Positions 50,680 through 64,000 of a stretch of 64,000 nt of DNA are shown in pieces. Where the stretch lies: assembly GCA_964270895.1 (NCBI GenBank), contig OZ185439.1; one strand, 5' to 3'. The notes under the pieces are model-generated. The model had not been told where the DNA came from and searched no databases. It saw nothing but the letters and a program-made list of their open reading frames with translations. Position 1 is the stretch's first letter. Each line of letters starts with the position of its first letter. Position numbers and translations under genes: made by a program. Source of the stretch: Podarcis filfolensis. Its lineage: Eukaryota.

Positions 50680-51089
50680 TCAATCCATCCTTGTCTGCGT
50701 CCAGTAAGAGTCTTAAGATGGAATGTAGGAGGGGGAAGTAGATATTCACAGGTTTCAGGGCTCCTGGGAAGGAAGGAAGGCACCCCTCATCTCAGTAAAT
50801 ACAGCCAACTGTCACTCAGCTCTGCCTCCATTTTTAGGCAAAACATGCAGGAGAACAGGAATAGATAGAAAATTGAATTTCTTATCCATCTGTCTTGAGA
50901 CAGCTGTTGTGCATATGCAGATGATGCATTCATGAATAGGAGTAGAAGAGCAGAGAGAGGTTGCAGGCATGGGGAAACCAAACAGGCAATGCACATCAGA
51001 TGAAGATGTACCAGTCCCCTCTCTGTGTGTACAGTGATATGACTTGAAACACAATGTGGTGGGGTGGGGTGGGGGAAACAACCTTGCTG

Positions 51090-51460
51090 CATTTTAAGCC
51101 GCTATTGTGTAGGTAGCCTTAGTAAGAGGTAGCTTCCTACATTCCCCATGATACAGGGGGAAAGGCTGCTTTGTTCAAACACATCTGGGAGCTTGAGAAA
51201 ATGGCTAACACAAAGGTCTGTCCAAACAAAAAAAAAAATTGCCTCCTGGTGAAGGGTAAGTAGAGAGGGGGCCAGCCTAGCCTCCTGTGGAGGGAAGTCC
51301 CACAATCTGGGACCAGCCACTGAGAATGCCCTCCTTGTGTCCAAATATATCTATGAGGGTGGTGGGACTGAGATAAATACTTTCTCTGGAGATCTCAAAA
51401 CCCAAGCAGGCCCATATTCAGCACTTTGAGTTGTGCCTAGAAATGGACCAAAAACCAGTG
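51090..51460 (-). mobile_element. L2 LINE 3' fragment
   Basis: TRRAFSVAGPRLWDFPPQEARLAPSLL is the typical L2 RT C-terminus. Confidence 0.75.
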
Positions 51461-52494
51461 GAACTGTTGTAAGAATGAGTTTTTGTTCCTCCTGTAACTG
51501 GCTCCAGTTAGCAGTCTATTCATAGCATCTTGAACCCAATGAAGTTTCTGAACATTTCCCAAAGGCAGCCTCACATAGAGCACCTTGCAGTGATCCAAAC
51601 AACATCCCTATCTCACACAGGTACAGGACCCACCCCACTGCCAGTTCCATTCAGACCAAGGAGGAGGCGCACTGCACAACTCTCAGCTGTGACCAAGATG
51701 CTTCTAGCTCCTCCTCTGCAGAGTTGCTAACCAGCATTTGAACCCTGCATGGGCTGACTGGTTGGCAAATTCATCTTTGTGGGATCAGCTCCATTACGGA
51801 TACAGTTCATTAAAGACTGTATATGGGTCTGCAGTGGCACACTTTGGGCTCTCAAATTTCAGTTGCACCCTGTGAGACGATAAAATTTTATGGCACCCCC
51901 CCCAGCATTGTTCTACAGCATTGTGTTGGTGCCCCCTGCAGCATGGCGGCCAGTGTGACCGCACCAGTTGTGCCACCCTAAAACTGCTTCTCCTCTCAAG
52001 GAGAACAAGGTGGGTAGATGCTGTTTGAGGCAGTCAGTGGGGAGTGGGATGATCCAGGAAGGAGGCTTGCTAGGATGTTCCCCTCATGAACTGGGCCGGC
52101 AAACCAGCTGATAGGGGTGGAGTGGGTAAGGATTGAAGGTGCCAACCACTTTCACTAGTATAGTAATTGGTGAGCAAAAAGCACAGTAAGAAAACTGGAT
52201 TTTCAGAAAAACAATGGGGAATCCTTCTTTAAGGTTGCTGTTGCTGTTTACTATTTGTCAATACACTCTGCAGTCTTGTGTTGCCTGGCTGACTTGGGAC
52301 ATGTTTATTTGGAAGCAGTGGCAGCATCCAGTAATGAGTGATCCCCTTGAGCTTTTACTGGCTATGCCTCTGCCAAGTTATCAAACTTTAGTGTTTTATG
52401 AGCATTGTTAATTAGCTGTGTTTTCTGCAGTGAAGTAAAAGCAATCTGTTATTTTACAAAACATGTTCGCTCATGAATTTGAACCTTCTTTACA

Positions 52495-52660
52495 GCACTG
52501 GTCTTCAACTAGTGGGTTGGGACCCACAAGTGGGTTGTGGCCTGATCCAAGGTGGGTTGCAGCAGAAGTACTACCACCATGCAGATATTTAGGAGGGGGA
52601 AAGAAATGGGTCTGCCAAATGCATGTTTGAGTTAAAAGTGGGTCTTGGGTCTGAAAAGGT
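52495..52660. mobile_element. hAT-Charlie-like MITE
   Basis: GTGGGTTGGGACCCACAAGTGGG internal motif and AAAAGGTTG...AACCTG end. Confidence 0.5.
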
Positions 52661-53429
52661 TGGCGATAACCTGAAATATTGTTTGCGAATCAATCAAATT
52701 ACATGCTAGTTTTGCATCATATCACATTATAGCAGTTCCCCCCTTAAACACTACATTGCTATATATTACATTACTCATGCTTCACTGGGGTCAACGCTGT
52801 AAGCTTTATGTGCCTGTCTTCAGTACTTATGAGGATATGGAACTGAGATGCTGCATTTTTTGCTGTGTTGGAACTGAGATGATTGAGTTGTTTTTATTTC
52901 TTCTCCCTGGTTAACTATTTCTAGCGGTTGATGGGCATCTTTCCCACAGATTTCTGCCATATAACAATGAGCCACTTTATATATAAGCAGCACAGTTTTA
53001 AAAAATGATCTCCTTGGCGTGTTATGCTGACTATCTGGAGACTTCACAACTAACTAACAAAAGAAATAAAAGTTCAGTTTGAAAGTCATCTTCATACCCC
53101 ATATATATATAACTACCACCTAGAGTGCTGGTACCACAAGCCTATAAAAAAGTTGCTTGCTCTGTAAGTTATTACAAATTTAAAAAACCCCCAATATTCA
53201 TGAATACATATTTTATTGGGAGATGAGGGGAATAGGAAGAGTTGGGGAAATAGGAAGAGTTCAGAAATAGATAAAATTGACAACATCCTTAGAGATGACG
53301 GTGCAAATGTCCTAGGTCCTCATAGTAGGGATCCCAGTGTATAATTTCACAATGAGAGAATACAAAACGAAATGCCTGCTATTTAAAGAGAACATAAGAG
53401 AAATTGCACAATGGACATTTGGGAAGGAT

Positions 53430-53710
53430 TTAATGTATAAGTGTTTATATGCTAATTCTAGAAGCCTGAAACATACGGTAGGGCAACAGATGGCACTAAT
53501 AGAGAGCATAGATACAGTGGACATATCAGAGACCTGGTGAACAATGGGATTCAGTTATCCCTTAAAAAAATCTGTAGGAAGGATAGGGAAGGGCATATTG
53601 GAGGTGATGTTGCTGTATCTTTTCAAATAGGGCATACATTTCAATAAACTTGGCAATGTAAGAAAAACATCATACGATACAATGTCACTGTAAGTGGAAA
53701 TGGTAGCCTC
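53430..53710 (+). mobile_element. Degenerate CR1 ORF2 endonuclease fragment
   Basis: KCLYANSRSL ... ISETW ... RKDREG..GGDVA resemble the CR1 APE-domain start. Confidence 0.6.
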
Positions 53711-55430
53711 CAAAAATAAGGTAGCATTGGTGACATACTCTCTGATGCACACACCTCTGACAAAATAAATAAATAAATAAATGTGAGGTCCAAACTGTTT
53801 GTGATAGTCACTTTAATTTTTCCCCCTTTTTACCAAATGGAGCTGCAATTCTACCATGGAAGACCAGAATCTTATATAGCTATGAATATATGTGTGCCTG
53901 TGTGTAATTCTTAACCCCTTTCCTCCGGTATTCTTTCTGACTGAAAATCACCCCCCTCCCCCACAACACCATTCTAGCTGCTTTTCCTTTTGCAAGAGAA
54001 AGTAGACAGTGCTGAATATTTTCCCCTCTGTGGAGAAAGCTGTAACTAAAACTGCTGGGGTGGGTGGGACTCAATTACCTCTCTTTGGGACTTTAAAAAC
54101 AAAACAAAAACAAAAAGTGGGACATGGAAGAAGACAAAATCATAACAAAATTATGAATAGTATAGAGAAAGTGGATACAGATTCCCCACCCCCTGTTATA
54201 ACATGGGGGGCCATTGCCCTGCTTCTGGGCTTCTTGGAGGCATCTGCCTCTCACCTGTTTGAAATACAGTCCTGAACAAGATGATCTGATCTGACTTTTT
54301 AATGATTTTTAAGATGTTCCAATAAGCTGTTTTGAGGTTTAAAGAAAAAAGTCATCTTACATAGAAACTGCTATCATTTGATCAAAAGTACTGTTGAAAT
54401 AGGATGATTCGACACTGATCTTATTAGCTGTTTGCCTATTGATGGAATTTAGAAAGACAAAAGTGTTACTTCTGTAGAATAAAAACAAAATAAAACAAGT
54501 TCTCCATCAACTTTGCTGAAGTTGTCAGTAGGTGACAAGTTTGTTTATGAGATCTGAAGGCAGGGTAATAACAGAGGCCTTGCCTCTTCAACAGATTTTG
54601 TATTGCTTAAGGATCAGCTTCTCTACAGGATGTGGAAGTGAGAAAAAATAGTGAATTTGTGGACAATAATACCACTACCATCCCATTTTCATCTTTGAGT
54701 GTGAGTGGGATTTCTTGTCTCAGCTCTCAAATCCATTATGACATATAGATTGGGTTGGTTGCTTTTGTTGTTTCTGGTCATCAAAATGTATTAATAGTTT
54801 TATGAGTTCTTAAACATGTCCTATGAAAGCATTTAGAAGGCAAAGTCAGCCAAGTGCTACTTTTATGCAAATCTCATTGATTTTAGTGGATTGTAAAACA
54901 GCTTGGGAACTGCTCTTTTGGAGTATATATTTAATTCCTTACCTCCAACATCAAAACTTTTGATATAAGGTTAGTGTGTTTCTCCATAAGCTCTTAATAA
55001 TGTCCCTCTTTTAGATGCTACTTACTTTTACCAGATATGAAAGTTAGTTGTGTATTTAATTAACACAGAAGTAGAGAAGAAAAACTGTGAGAAGATAGGG
55101 ATTTTTGTGAATGCATCATATTAACTATAGAAGTTGGAAATCACAGTGTAAAGAAAGGAGCGGTAGTTTGGGAAATGATGGGTAGAACTACATGTCGTTC
55201 CTCAGACCTTTTAATTTCCAGAGATGTGACTTAGAAAAATATAAATTTAGCTACTTGCTGGAATTGCTGTCTACAGGTGAAATGAGTAGTGCAAATTACA
55301 AGTGAAATGGGAAATGCAAATTTCAGCAGTAAGAAAGGAACTCTGAAACCACTTTCGGTTTACCCTGGAAATGTCACTCTTTAAGGAACTAGGATTCCTT
55401 GGGCCCATGCATGCTTATCATCTGCTACAT

Positions 55431-55564
55431 CAGGCATAGGCAAACTAGGCCCTCCAGATGTTTTGGGACTAAACTCCCATCACCCCTAGCTAATAGGACC
55501 AGTGTTCAGGGATGATGGGAATTGTAGTCCAAAACATCTGGAGGGCCGAGTTTGCCTATGCCTG
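55431..55564. mobile_element. hAT MITE, 134 bp, with 8-bp TSD TGCTACAT
   Basis: CAGGCATAGGCAAAC ... GTTTGCCTATGCCTG perfect terminal inverted repeats; TSD at 55423-55430 and 55565-55572. Truncated copy at 57984-58078; relative at ~29665-29790. Confidence 0.95.
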
Positions 55565-57983
55565 TGCTACATACACCCACCTGTGCAGTTCAGACCATAG
55601 TATACCACACACAAAAATGGCCAAAGCAAAAAAGTCAGATGATTCAAGCAATTCAAAAAAATATGCTACTGTGGGAAGGGAAAAGGTCCCCATAGTCAAC
55701 TGTTCAACCTGACTTGAAGGCAATGCTGAGTGAAAGCAATCCACTGACGCATCCTGAACACTTAATTGGAGGCAGCTCACACTACTCAGGAACATCGTCA
55801 GTATCATCAATACCGGAGGCATGCCTAAGTGTTGGTGAAACTGGCCCGCTCCAGAGGTGCAGGCCCAGCGGAGGAAGGTGCAAAAATCATGTATCAGACT
55901 ATGGTGTATAGACCATATGTGTGTGTAGCGATGCAATGCCACTGTTGTGGTGAGATCAAACAAGGGAGATACTTCCTGTCCTTCTTGCACCGTGACACAA
56001 AGACGTGTGAATTTGTTTGCCCTTCCTCCTCACCTCACCCTCTCTCCAAGTACTTGGGCCACATAAAAAATAGTAATATCTAATGTGGCTATTGCAGTAA
56101 AATATTTTTTTTCCTGAGTGGGGTTGCTGATACAGCTCCTTTCCAAGGATGCAAAGAACCCCAGGTATGCCTCTGATCAACACAATATTCACCAGTTGTT
56201 CAATTGTGTTGTTCAAATCTGGTCTCTATCTGTGGCAGCTGCATTTGTCAGGTATAATAGCAAAATTTTCTCTAAAGTCAGAAGTCCATTTGGGCAAGCT
56301 CGCTTATTTAATCCCTTTAGGTCATTAATTTACAAAATAAATTTTGTGTCACTTCTTTGACAGCAGCTTTTTAATTGTCTGATGTGTGAAAAGAAGTGAC
56401 CTTGTGCAAGACACAAGACCACTACATTGCACAGTAGAGTAATGGTATTAACATAATTATAATGTGAAATACGCCAGAGGTGAATTATTTTAAAACAAAT
56501 TAAACAAATGACATTCTTATATCATAAACTGCATTTAATATCATGCATGACTGTCTTTATGATAGATCTTACAGCAATATAGCAAATTAAATATACATGG
56601 AAGAGTAGCTGATGCATTCATGGGCAGATGTTTTGCATTTGAATTAAATCTGATGAAGGTGTGAAATATAAGTCATTCAGGACAAACAAGCATAATTTAC
56701 TGACTATTGCAGTGAGGGGAAGGTGCCCATTGGCAAAGTAAGAAATATAGTTACCCATGATGAATGCTTAATGTTAGCAGAAGAAGAAAGAAGATAGATT
56801 GTCCTATTTTCTGAATGGGAAACTGAAACAAAAATGGAATTACTGAATTGGTGAAATAATCCCTAAGGGTCTTTCTTTAGAGTGCCAGTTTTATCAACAA
56901 AAACTCTGAGGAACTAGCTGGGAAGGGGGAGAAGGGATTGAATGTATGTGTATGTGGCAAGGGAGAGAACTGAGGAGGAATGACCCGGCCAGTTGACAAA
57001 ACTAAAGAAAATGTTATATAGAACAATGAGATATTGAAGAACATACCATTAGTATCATTATGATTTAAACATTGGCCTATACTGTATAGCTATTTCACAA
57101 ATAAATTGTGCACCCTTGTGTGGGTTGTGGGTGTGGTTTTGCTGAGCGTGCTTTATCATCTCTATCTGTTCAAAGTTGCAAAGCTGTCTACAGCAATTCA
57201 GAATAAGATTTCATTATCAACGTTATGTACGTCAGCCCACCCCACTTGAGTAGTAGGAGGCTTTGCTCTGGAGACACTGAGCAAATCTTAATTAAAAAGC
57301 ATAATTGCATATCCCACTTCTCTGAGTTAAGAGAGTCCTCAATACATTGCTGGTGGCAGAACGGTACTGGTTTAAATATTGTGAAGTACTGTTGCAAGGA
57401 CACATTCACATATGGCATAATTACTAATGCTACAGTACTTCTAATGATTGCATTTTATTCAGCTATGACAGCTCTCATTAAGAGTCTGGTTAGTGCAAAG
57501 AAAAGCTAGCTCTGAATAATTAGAGTTGGAAGGAACCATTCTCTAGTTAGAGTTACTTCTCTTTCATTCTCATTTTATATAGCTTATTTTGAAAATGCCC
57601 TCATTTAGGAGAAAGAGAAATCTTATCCAGAAAAATGCCACACACCATTTATATCAGGAGTGGGATGCTGCATGCATTATCTCAAAATTATGCAATAAAT
57701 ATGTTTGATTCAAAGACTCTTTACGTCTTTCAGGTGATGACTTTGAACAGTGTAATGCAATTTGTAGAAATAAAATAAGGCACCCCGCCAAAAAAGATAC
57801 ATTTTCAAATTATTTAGCATGGGTATGACCCTAGTATTCCTTAGACAGGGCAACTCAGGGCTTTCTTAATACAGTGCCCATGGAAAACCAAACAACACAT
57901 TTCATTAGTTTTGTATTTTGCTCTTGTGTATACAAGATTTTTCTGTTCACAAATCACCACCATGGGGGCCCCATAATCTAGAA

Positions 57984-58078
57984 CAGGCATAGGCAAAGTC
58001 AGCCCTCCAGATGTTTTTGGCCTACAACTCCCACCATCCCTAGCTAACAGGACCAGTGGTCAGGGATGGTGGGAACTG
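57984..58078. mobile_element. Truncated copy of the same hAT MITE
   Basis: CAGGCATAGGCAAAG..CCCTCCAGATGTTTT...GGACCAGTG.TCAGGGATG matches 55431-55564. Confidence 0.85.
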
Positions 58079-60013
58079 CAATGATGCATTTGAAGAGCCT
58101 GCCTAGGGGTCAGAGTAGACACAAAGAAGCTCATGTGTCCACATCATTCAGGGTGGGGGAAGGTTTGATTTTGATAGTGAAATGAGCTATAACTGAGGGG
58201 TTGGAAGCTTGTGGTCCTGGGCATTTCTAGTTAATAGAATCTGGTAGCAAGTAATGGGAAAGTTCCTGTGCTTTGATACCTTGGAGTGCAGCTGCCAATC
58301 AAAGTGAACATTACTGGGCTAGTTATAGAAGCAGTCATAGTATAAGGCAGTTTACTAGGGTCATATAAGTACAAATGAGAGGGATGCTGAACCTGAGCCC
58401 CACCACTTCCTACCTTCTCCCTCAATCTTGGATCAATGAGTTGGGGGGTGGTAAAATGTGGTAATGATGAATGTTTCCGTGTCCTCCTCCCCCCTGTATG
58501 AACATAAGTATCTTGGAGGATAGGCACATGAAAAGAAACCTGTGACTGCACTGTTGGATCTAGTTTGGCTCTAAAATGAATGGTGTAAATGAAAGAGTTT
58601 GTTCCAGAATTATTCTACTGTGGAGATGGTGGTTGCTGTGGAAATTCATTTTGCTTTTTAAAACATATAAAGGAAGGTGCACCTCAGGAAAAATGTCTTT
58701 TGAAAAGAAGCCTACTTTGCATCATAAAACAGAGCAATGTTTCCCACTCGTATGATATAACACAAATTTTATTGTTTGGTCACAGATCCGGTAATCCCAA
58801 TCATATTTATAAAAAAAGATGCAACGTAAGGGGTTTATTTTATCAACTGCTCCTTTATCAAGTTCTGTTGCTCGCTCTGACAGCCCATATAATGACAGGG
58901 TCATAAACTTGATCTTGCAGAGTCTAAGAATATTGCCAAATTCACAAATTCTTTTGAGTTCAGACACATACATCTAAGTAATACCTCTCTCGCAGTTTTT
59001 TCCAGAGTTTGCTATAGGTTGCAAAATCATTTTTGTTTTCTCTTGAACCCTGCTCTTAGGTTCTCTAGCTGTGCTGCGGAAGCTACTGTTGCTTTTGGGA
59101 GGAAATAGACACCCATGTTCCAAGTCTGCATCTATGTTTTCCTTGCCCAAAGGGAAATTACTTACTCTACCATGCTTTAAAAAAGTACTCTTGCATCATA
59201 ACAAATCCCAGAGGAACAATTGCCCTGGGAGGGGCTGGGATATACGCATTTCAGTAGGAAAAAATATCCACAACCCACAATTCTTTGTGATTTTTTTAAT
59301 ACCTTCTTTTTCTACTTCTGACAGCATGCAATAATAACCTTTCAATCAACAGCTTCTGCATTGATTACGGATGTGAAAGAGAAGGCAAGCTAATGCAGAG
59401 TACAGAAGGAAACAAACGTGGCTTCAGCTTTTTGGCCTTCTCTTTCTACTTAATAAATGCGCAGGAAATATCAGAGCCAGACCATAGTCACCTACACCCA
59501 CACAATGATTATTTATCCTTGATGGCACATTTACCTCAGCAATCCACTTACAATATATAATACACTTGAAGGCCAAACTTGTTCACACTGGCTTGGTGCT
59601 GACCAGCAGTTTTCTGCAGTTGCTGATCAAGTCCTGCTTCTTGATAAATCTGCCTTTTGGTTTATAGGCACACACAGCTTATATGGCAATAAAACAAGCA
59701 CGTTCATTAACTGCTTGAGCAGTGGCAGAAGAGTATAGATGCTTGGCATTATTTTCCACATTCAGGCTTCAATGCTGGAAACTGCAGCACCTCCTAAGCT
59801 TGGCTGCTAGCAGGCATTGACGCTGCTTGCACCAGCCTTGAGCAGAAATCCCTATGCAGTGCAGAAATGACATGCAACTGGTTTTCAAGGTGGCGGTGGT
59901 AGAAAGATGTAACTAGTGGGGTCATCTTATGCCACATCCTAAGGGCTCAGGAGTCTCTCCAAGCTCCTTCCCTGGACTCAGTGCTAGCAGTGAAGTAGTT
60001 AGAGCAGAAAATA

Positions 60014-60093
60014 CAGGGTGAGTTTTTTAAAAGAGGCCCCGTGAAACATGTGTACTCTGTATCCACGGGGCCTCTTTTAAAGGACTCGCCCTG
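60014..60093. mobile_element. 80-bp palindromic mariner-type MITE
   Basis: TA|CAGGGTG... 30-bp arms, 20-nt loop, ...CGCCCTG|TA. Confidence 0.85.
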
Positions 60094-60795
60094 TATCAAA
60101 CTGGTCTAGGTAACAGGACATAAATGGCAATTGCAAGTGCACTCACGGCATGTTCATCGCAAGCACAGTTTTGGTTTTATTTATTTTTAATGCATGCACT
60201 CAGGTAAACCATGTCTGGGTCCAAGCATCATTTTTGAGGCCTACTACGAACTTGTACAATCGCCGCCACCCCCATCTTCCACAATCACACTGCACATGCA
60301 GTCTTATGAGTCATGAAAGAAAGAAAAAAAATCTGTTTTAATACTTGCATGTTCTACATTTCTCAGTTACAATATGACTCATACAGAGGCAGTTCTCTCA
60401 TATCCCAACCCCCTCCCCTATTTCCCTTTTTGTTTAACATAATATACAGACTATTTTGTCTATTTTGCAACTTTGGTTTGTCCATATAAAGGTATATTTT
60501 TTGTTTCTTGCTCTAATAGACAATCACATTTGCAAAACAAACCATTTCACTTTACAACTTTACTTATCTGGCCTTTTCCATTGCAAAATCATGAATTACG
60601 CATTATGTTTTTAGGCCTTTGAAAAAACATGAATCCAGAAGTGTACCACTCCTGCTCTTTGTTGAACATTCTTCTGAATGTAGTCATGCTAGTGGTAATA
60701 TTACCTGACTGTCTTCTAAAAGTGCTACGTTGGTGTCTCATGATGCATCTAGCAGCTTTTCTTCATCATTGGTTGCCACAGACACTGTCCCTATA

Positions 60796-61018
60796 CAGTG
60801 GTACCTCAGGTTACAAACACCTCGGGTTACAGATTCCACAAACCCGGAAGTAGTACCTCAGGTTGAGAACTTTGTCCCAGGATGAGAACAGAAATCGCTC
60901 CACAGTGGCGGCGGCAGCGGGAGGCCCCATTAGCTAAAGTGGTACCTCAGGTTAAGAACGGTTTCAGGTTAAGAACGGACCTGCGGAACGAATTAGGTTC
61001 GTAACCAGAGGTACCAAT
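60796..61018. mobile_element. Tigger-like MITE, same family as 29855-30095
   Basis: TA|CAGTGGTACCTC...; shares GGAGGCCCCATTAGCTAAAGTGGT and CAGGTTAAGAAC; right end slightly eroded. Confidence 0.9.
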
Positions 61019-64000
61019 ATATTGAAATCATTTTCATCTTGATTTTATTAATCTATTTCTGTAGCATACTGCCTGATCTAGACTGCAGAAAATGTTTGGA
61101 CTCCTTCAGATGACCTGTTTTTAAAGCAGTTATTCTGATTGTCTTGTGCAAAGCTTATGCAGTCTTACAATCAATGCTCACTATAATTTAAGTGTTCATT
61201 CTGATTTGTTTGTAGGGAGGTTATACGACAGTGAGTTTTCATCTTCATTGCTTGCATGGAGGTGATATGTCATCCCATCAATCATTTATCCCACACTTTT
61301 TAGTGCATTTTTTTTGCCGCTGTCCTAACCTTAGAAAGGCAATTTATTTTAAAAAGTGGATTTGCTGTGCAAGTGCGCTTTAATTCAGTTTAAATGTGCA
61401 GACCTAAATTTCTAGAATGTGATTTAATACCTCCCACAAAGTACTAACAGCCTGGAGGTGACCCTTGTCTGTTTTGAAAAAAATGAGAGGATTTATTGGT
61501 ATTCTTTTGCTTCTTTTTTCCTTTGTTTAACCATCTTACATTTTTCTGGCTGCCTGATTTGTACTTAAAGCCAGACATGGTAGTTTGATGTGTGCGACAC
61601 AGACCAAACTAGACATTTACTCACATATAATTTTGGCCTGTAATTCCTATGAGCAGCACTCCCTCCCACTGTTCCTGGGATCCTGGTGCTTTCTACCTCC
61701 CACCAGATGCTCTTCCCTTTGGGTTATGCCCAAGGAGCTGTAGGAATGGCAGCTCTTGAGTATGTGAGGGAGCATGCCACATAGGGAAACACAAATCTCT
61801 CTCAGTTCACAAACTACCATGCCCTATATTAATCTCACAAGCAGACATATCCTTTTCTAGGGAAGGGTCTGGACCAGCAACTCAGAATGTCATGTCCCCT
61901 GACTGAAACCCTGGAGAGCTGCTGCTAAGTGTAGACATCACTGAACTTGATGGTCTGACTCAATATTAGATGGCTTTTAATATTGGCAAACCTAGTGATT
62001 CTTGCCATAGACACGATTATGGAAGTGTCTGTTTACAAGGATGTTCTCTCACCTGTGCTACCATAACTGTTGTGTTAGAAAGTCACTAGCAAATCATTCT
62101 TCAAAGTACACAGTAAATCTTGCCCTACTTTTTTTGACTGGCAAGCAGTAGGCAGCACACTTCATTTCCCTGTCACTAAACAAGTTTAGGTCATAAAAAG
62201 GTCTACTTATTTGAACAAAATCAAAGTAAATCTGCTTATGAAGTTATGATCAAAGTGAAATATGGCTGCAGGTGTTTTCTTTTTAAATTACGGATCAGCA
62301 CTATGATAAATAATGTACATTCATCTCTAGCCCAAATCATCTCTTCATTTCTTTGCTCTTTTTAAAATTCACAAATCCATAGAAAATGAAAGCAAAGGAA
62401 TTCTCATACGTTGGTTAGGATACCAATACATACACAGTTATGGTGTGCACGTCAAATAAGGTCTGTTTTCTACAAAGGCAACTTATTGCACAGTATAATG
62501 GCAGCTAATTTATTTAAAATTACAAAGGTCAAAATCTATTCAGTTCAGAACTGTACTTCAGGACCTGTGGGGTTCCAAGGCAGTGGATTATTTTGACACA
62601 AGTTACAGTCATTAGCTGCTATTCAGCCTACATTTTTGATCCTATCAAAATGGATAAATTTGGAGTTATATACGCTGACCAGTTTTGGCAAAAAGGAACC
62701 ATATGCAATGGAGGAATTTTTTTAGTGTAATAAAGGATCCTCTCTGTTCTTACTGCATTACCATCTGCTTTCAAAGTGTGCCTTTTTTGCCTCTTACATG
62801 CTAACAGAGAATGATGAATTATGCTGAGTCAGTGCTTGATCAATAGCCAGACAACTATGGATGAGTAATTGACTTGGGTGCCAAGCCATCAAGTTAAATT
62901 TCCTCTATGCTTCAGTCCTAATGAAACTGTAATAATTCCCGCCCCCTGCTGTTGTCATGCTGTCATCTCCACAGATTTTTTTCCCTGTTGACTTACTTCC
63001 ATGTCATCAGCACTGACATTGCTTGACTGCGGCATAGAATTTTCTTTCATTTTCTTTGTCATCTTCACAATTTGTTTTTAATGCATATTATTTTGATAAA
63101 AGAGCATTAGTTGTGAATAAAAAAAATGAAGGCTGGAAAAGTATTTTCTGTTTTGAGGGGGATGGAACTGTTTTCTCTCACTTCACTAACACAGTTACAA
63201 GGAACCTGATTGGAAAAAATAACTTTGTATCAATATTATTATTTATTACTATTTTTATTCAATTTATATGCCGCTATTTATCAAAAGATCTCAGGGCAGT
63301 GTAATACATTAAAAACACATTACAAAACATCAATGGTAAAACATAATATAACATAAAAGAATGGAAAATAATCTCTGGTATGTTTTATTATGCCTGATCA
63401 ATGTTGAACATGAACTTTCATCTGAGAGAGACCAAAAAGCCATTCTCTTCCAGTTTTTGTAGGAACAGATTTGAAAAAGTTCATCTCTGAAAGTGGCCAA
63501 AACATATTTACTTGGAAGTAAGTCCATTTCATTACCAGTGTCTTCAAAGTAAATATGTGTAGGATTTGAAGTTAAGGGATGTCAGCTCTTCTGATTGCTC
63601 TGATTGCTCCTGCTTGCAAAGTCAAGTGATCTTCCCACTCCTCCCCCATGTACTGTTCTGGGAGTTCTTCTCGCGTTTCTGAGCAGATTTGGGGGAGAGG
63701 TGGGAAAGTGCCATTGCACCAGTGGGAGCGCTTGTATTGGCTTCTACTAGCACATTTGATTCGTTTAATTCAGGCCTTTGTGTTGATGCACACTACTAAA
63801 AAGGATGAAGCTAACTCATAAGCAAGATCACATTATACTTTGTAGTTATGTAGCATAGTTTAACTGCTTGCTAACATTTCTGCCATTCCTGGACATTTTT
63901 TCCCCATTTTCTCAGGATGGGTGATTTATTTTTTTAATATATTTTTTGTGCAAGGCCACATGAGAAGGTGACAACCTATTTCCCCCTGAACCCAGCTACG

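Noticed and set aside
58589-58906. KEFVPELFY resembling a BEACH-domain motif
   Set aside because: The similarity is limited to ~9 residues, flanks do not fit, and no splice sites support it; expected by chance.
52820-59950. Further exon-like or ORF-like segments (52830-53050, 55556-55990, 58281-58355, ~58980-59130)
   Set aside because: Could be upstream exons of the minus-strand gene or old transposon fossils, but splice phases could not be linked, so they are not called.
1-64000. CRISPR arrays, rRNA or tRNA genes
   Set aside because: None seen; the only tRNA-like sequences are the SINE head and the PBS.

Overview
Vertebrate genomic DNA, most likely a squamate (lacertid-like lizard); this is inferred from a Sauria SINE and typical squamate CR1/L2/hAT/Tc-mariner repeats. 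The dominant feature is a 6,053-bp class I (gamma-like, ERV1) provirus on the minus strand (4861-10913). Its two 574-bp LTRs look identical by eye and it has a perfect 5-bp TSD (GGAAC), a tRNA-Pro PBS carrying a 2-nt insertion, and a PPT. gag-pol is broken by large internal deletions (most of CA, protease active site, RT YxDD core, IN C-terminal core) plus stops and frameshifts, so it looks like a young non-autonomous element copied in trans. In the env position there is no recognisable env. Instead there are two small in-frame ORFs behind a strong retained splice acceptor: a 114-aa Pro/Cys/His protein and a 68-aa Trp-rich single-pass membrane microprotein. This is the most interesting part of the window. 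The provirus lies between two putative minus-strand host genes. One is a multi-exon gene I reconstructed only partly by eye and could not name (candidate exons ~19.6-47.2 kb). The other is a CpG-rich probable first exon near 0.9-1.3 kb. The rest is AT-rich intron/intergenic DNA with LINE fragments, a SINE, many MITEs, microsatellites and one 129-N gap. Exon calls and most repeat boundaries are manual and approximate.
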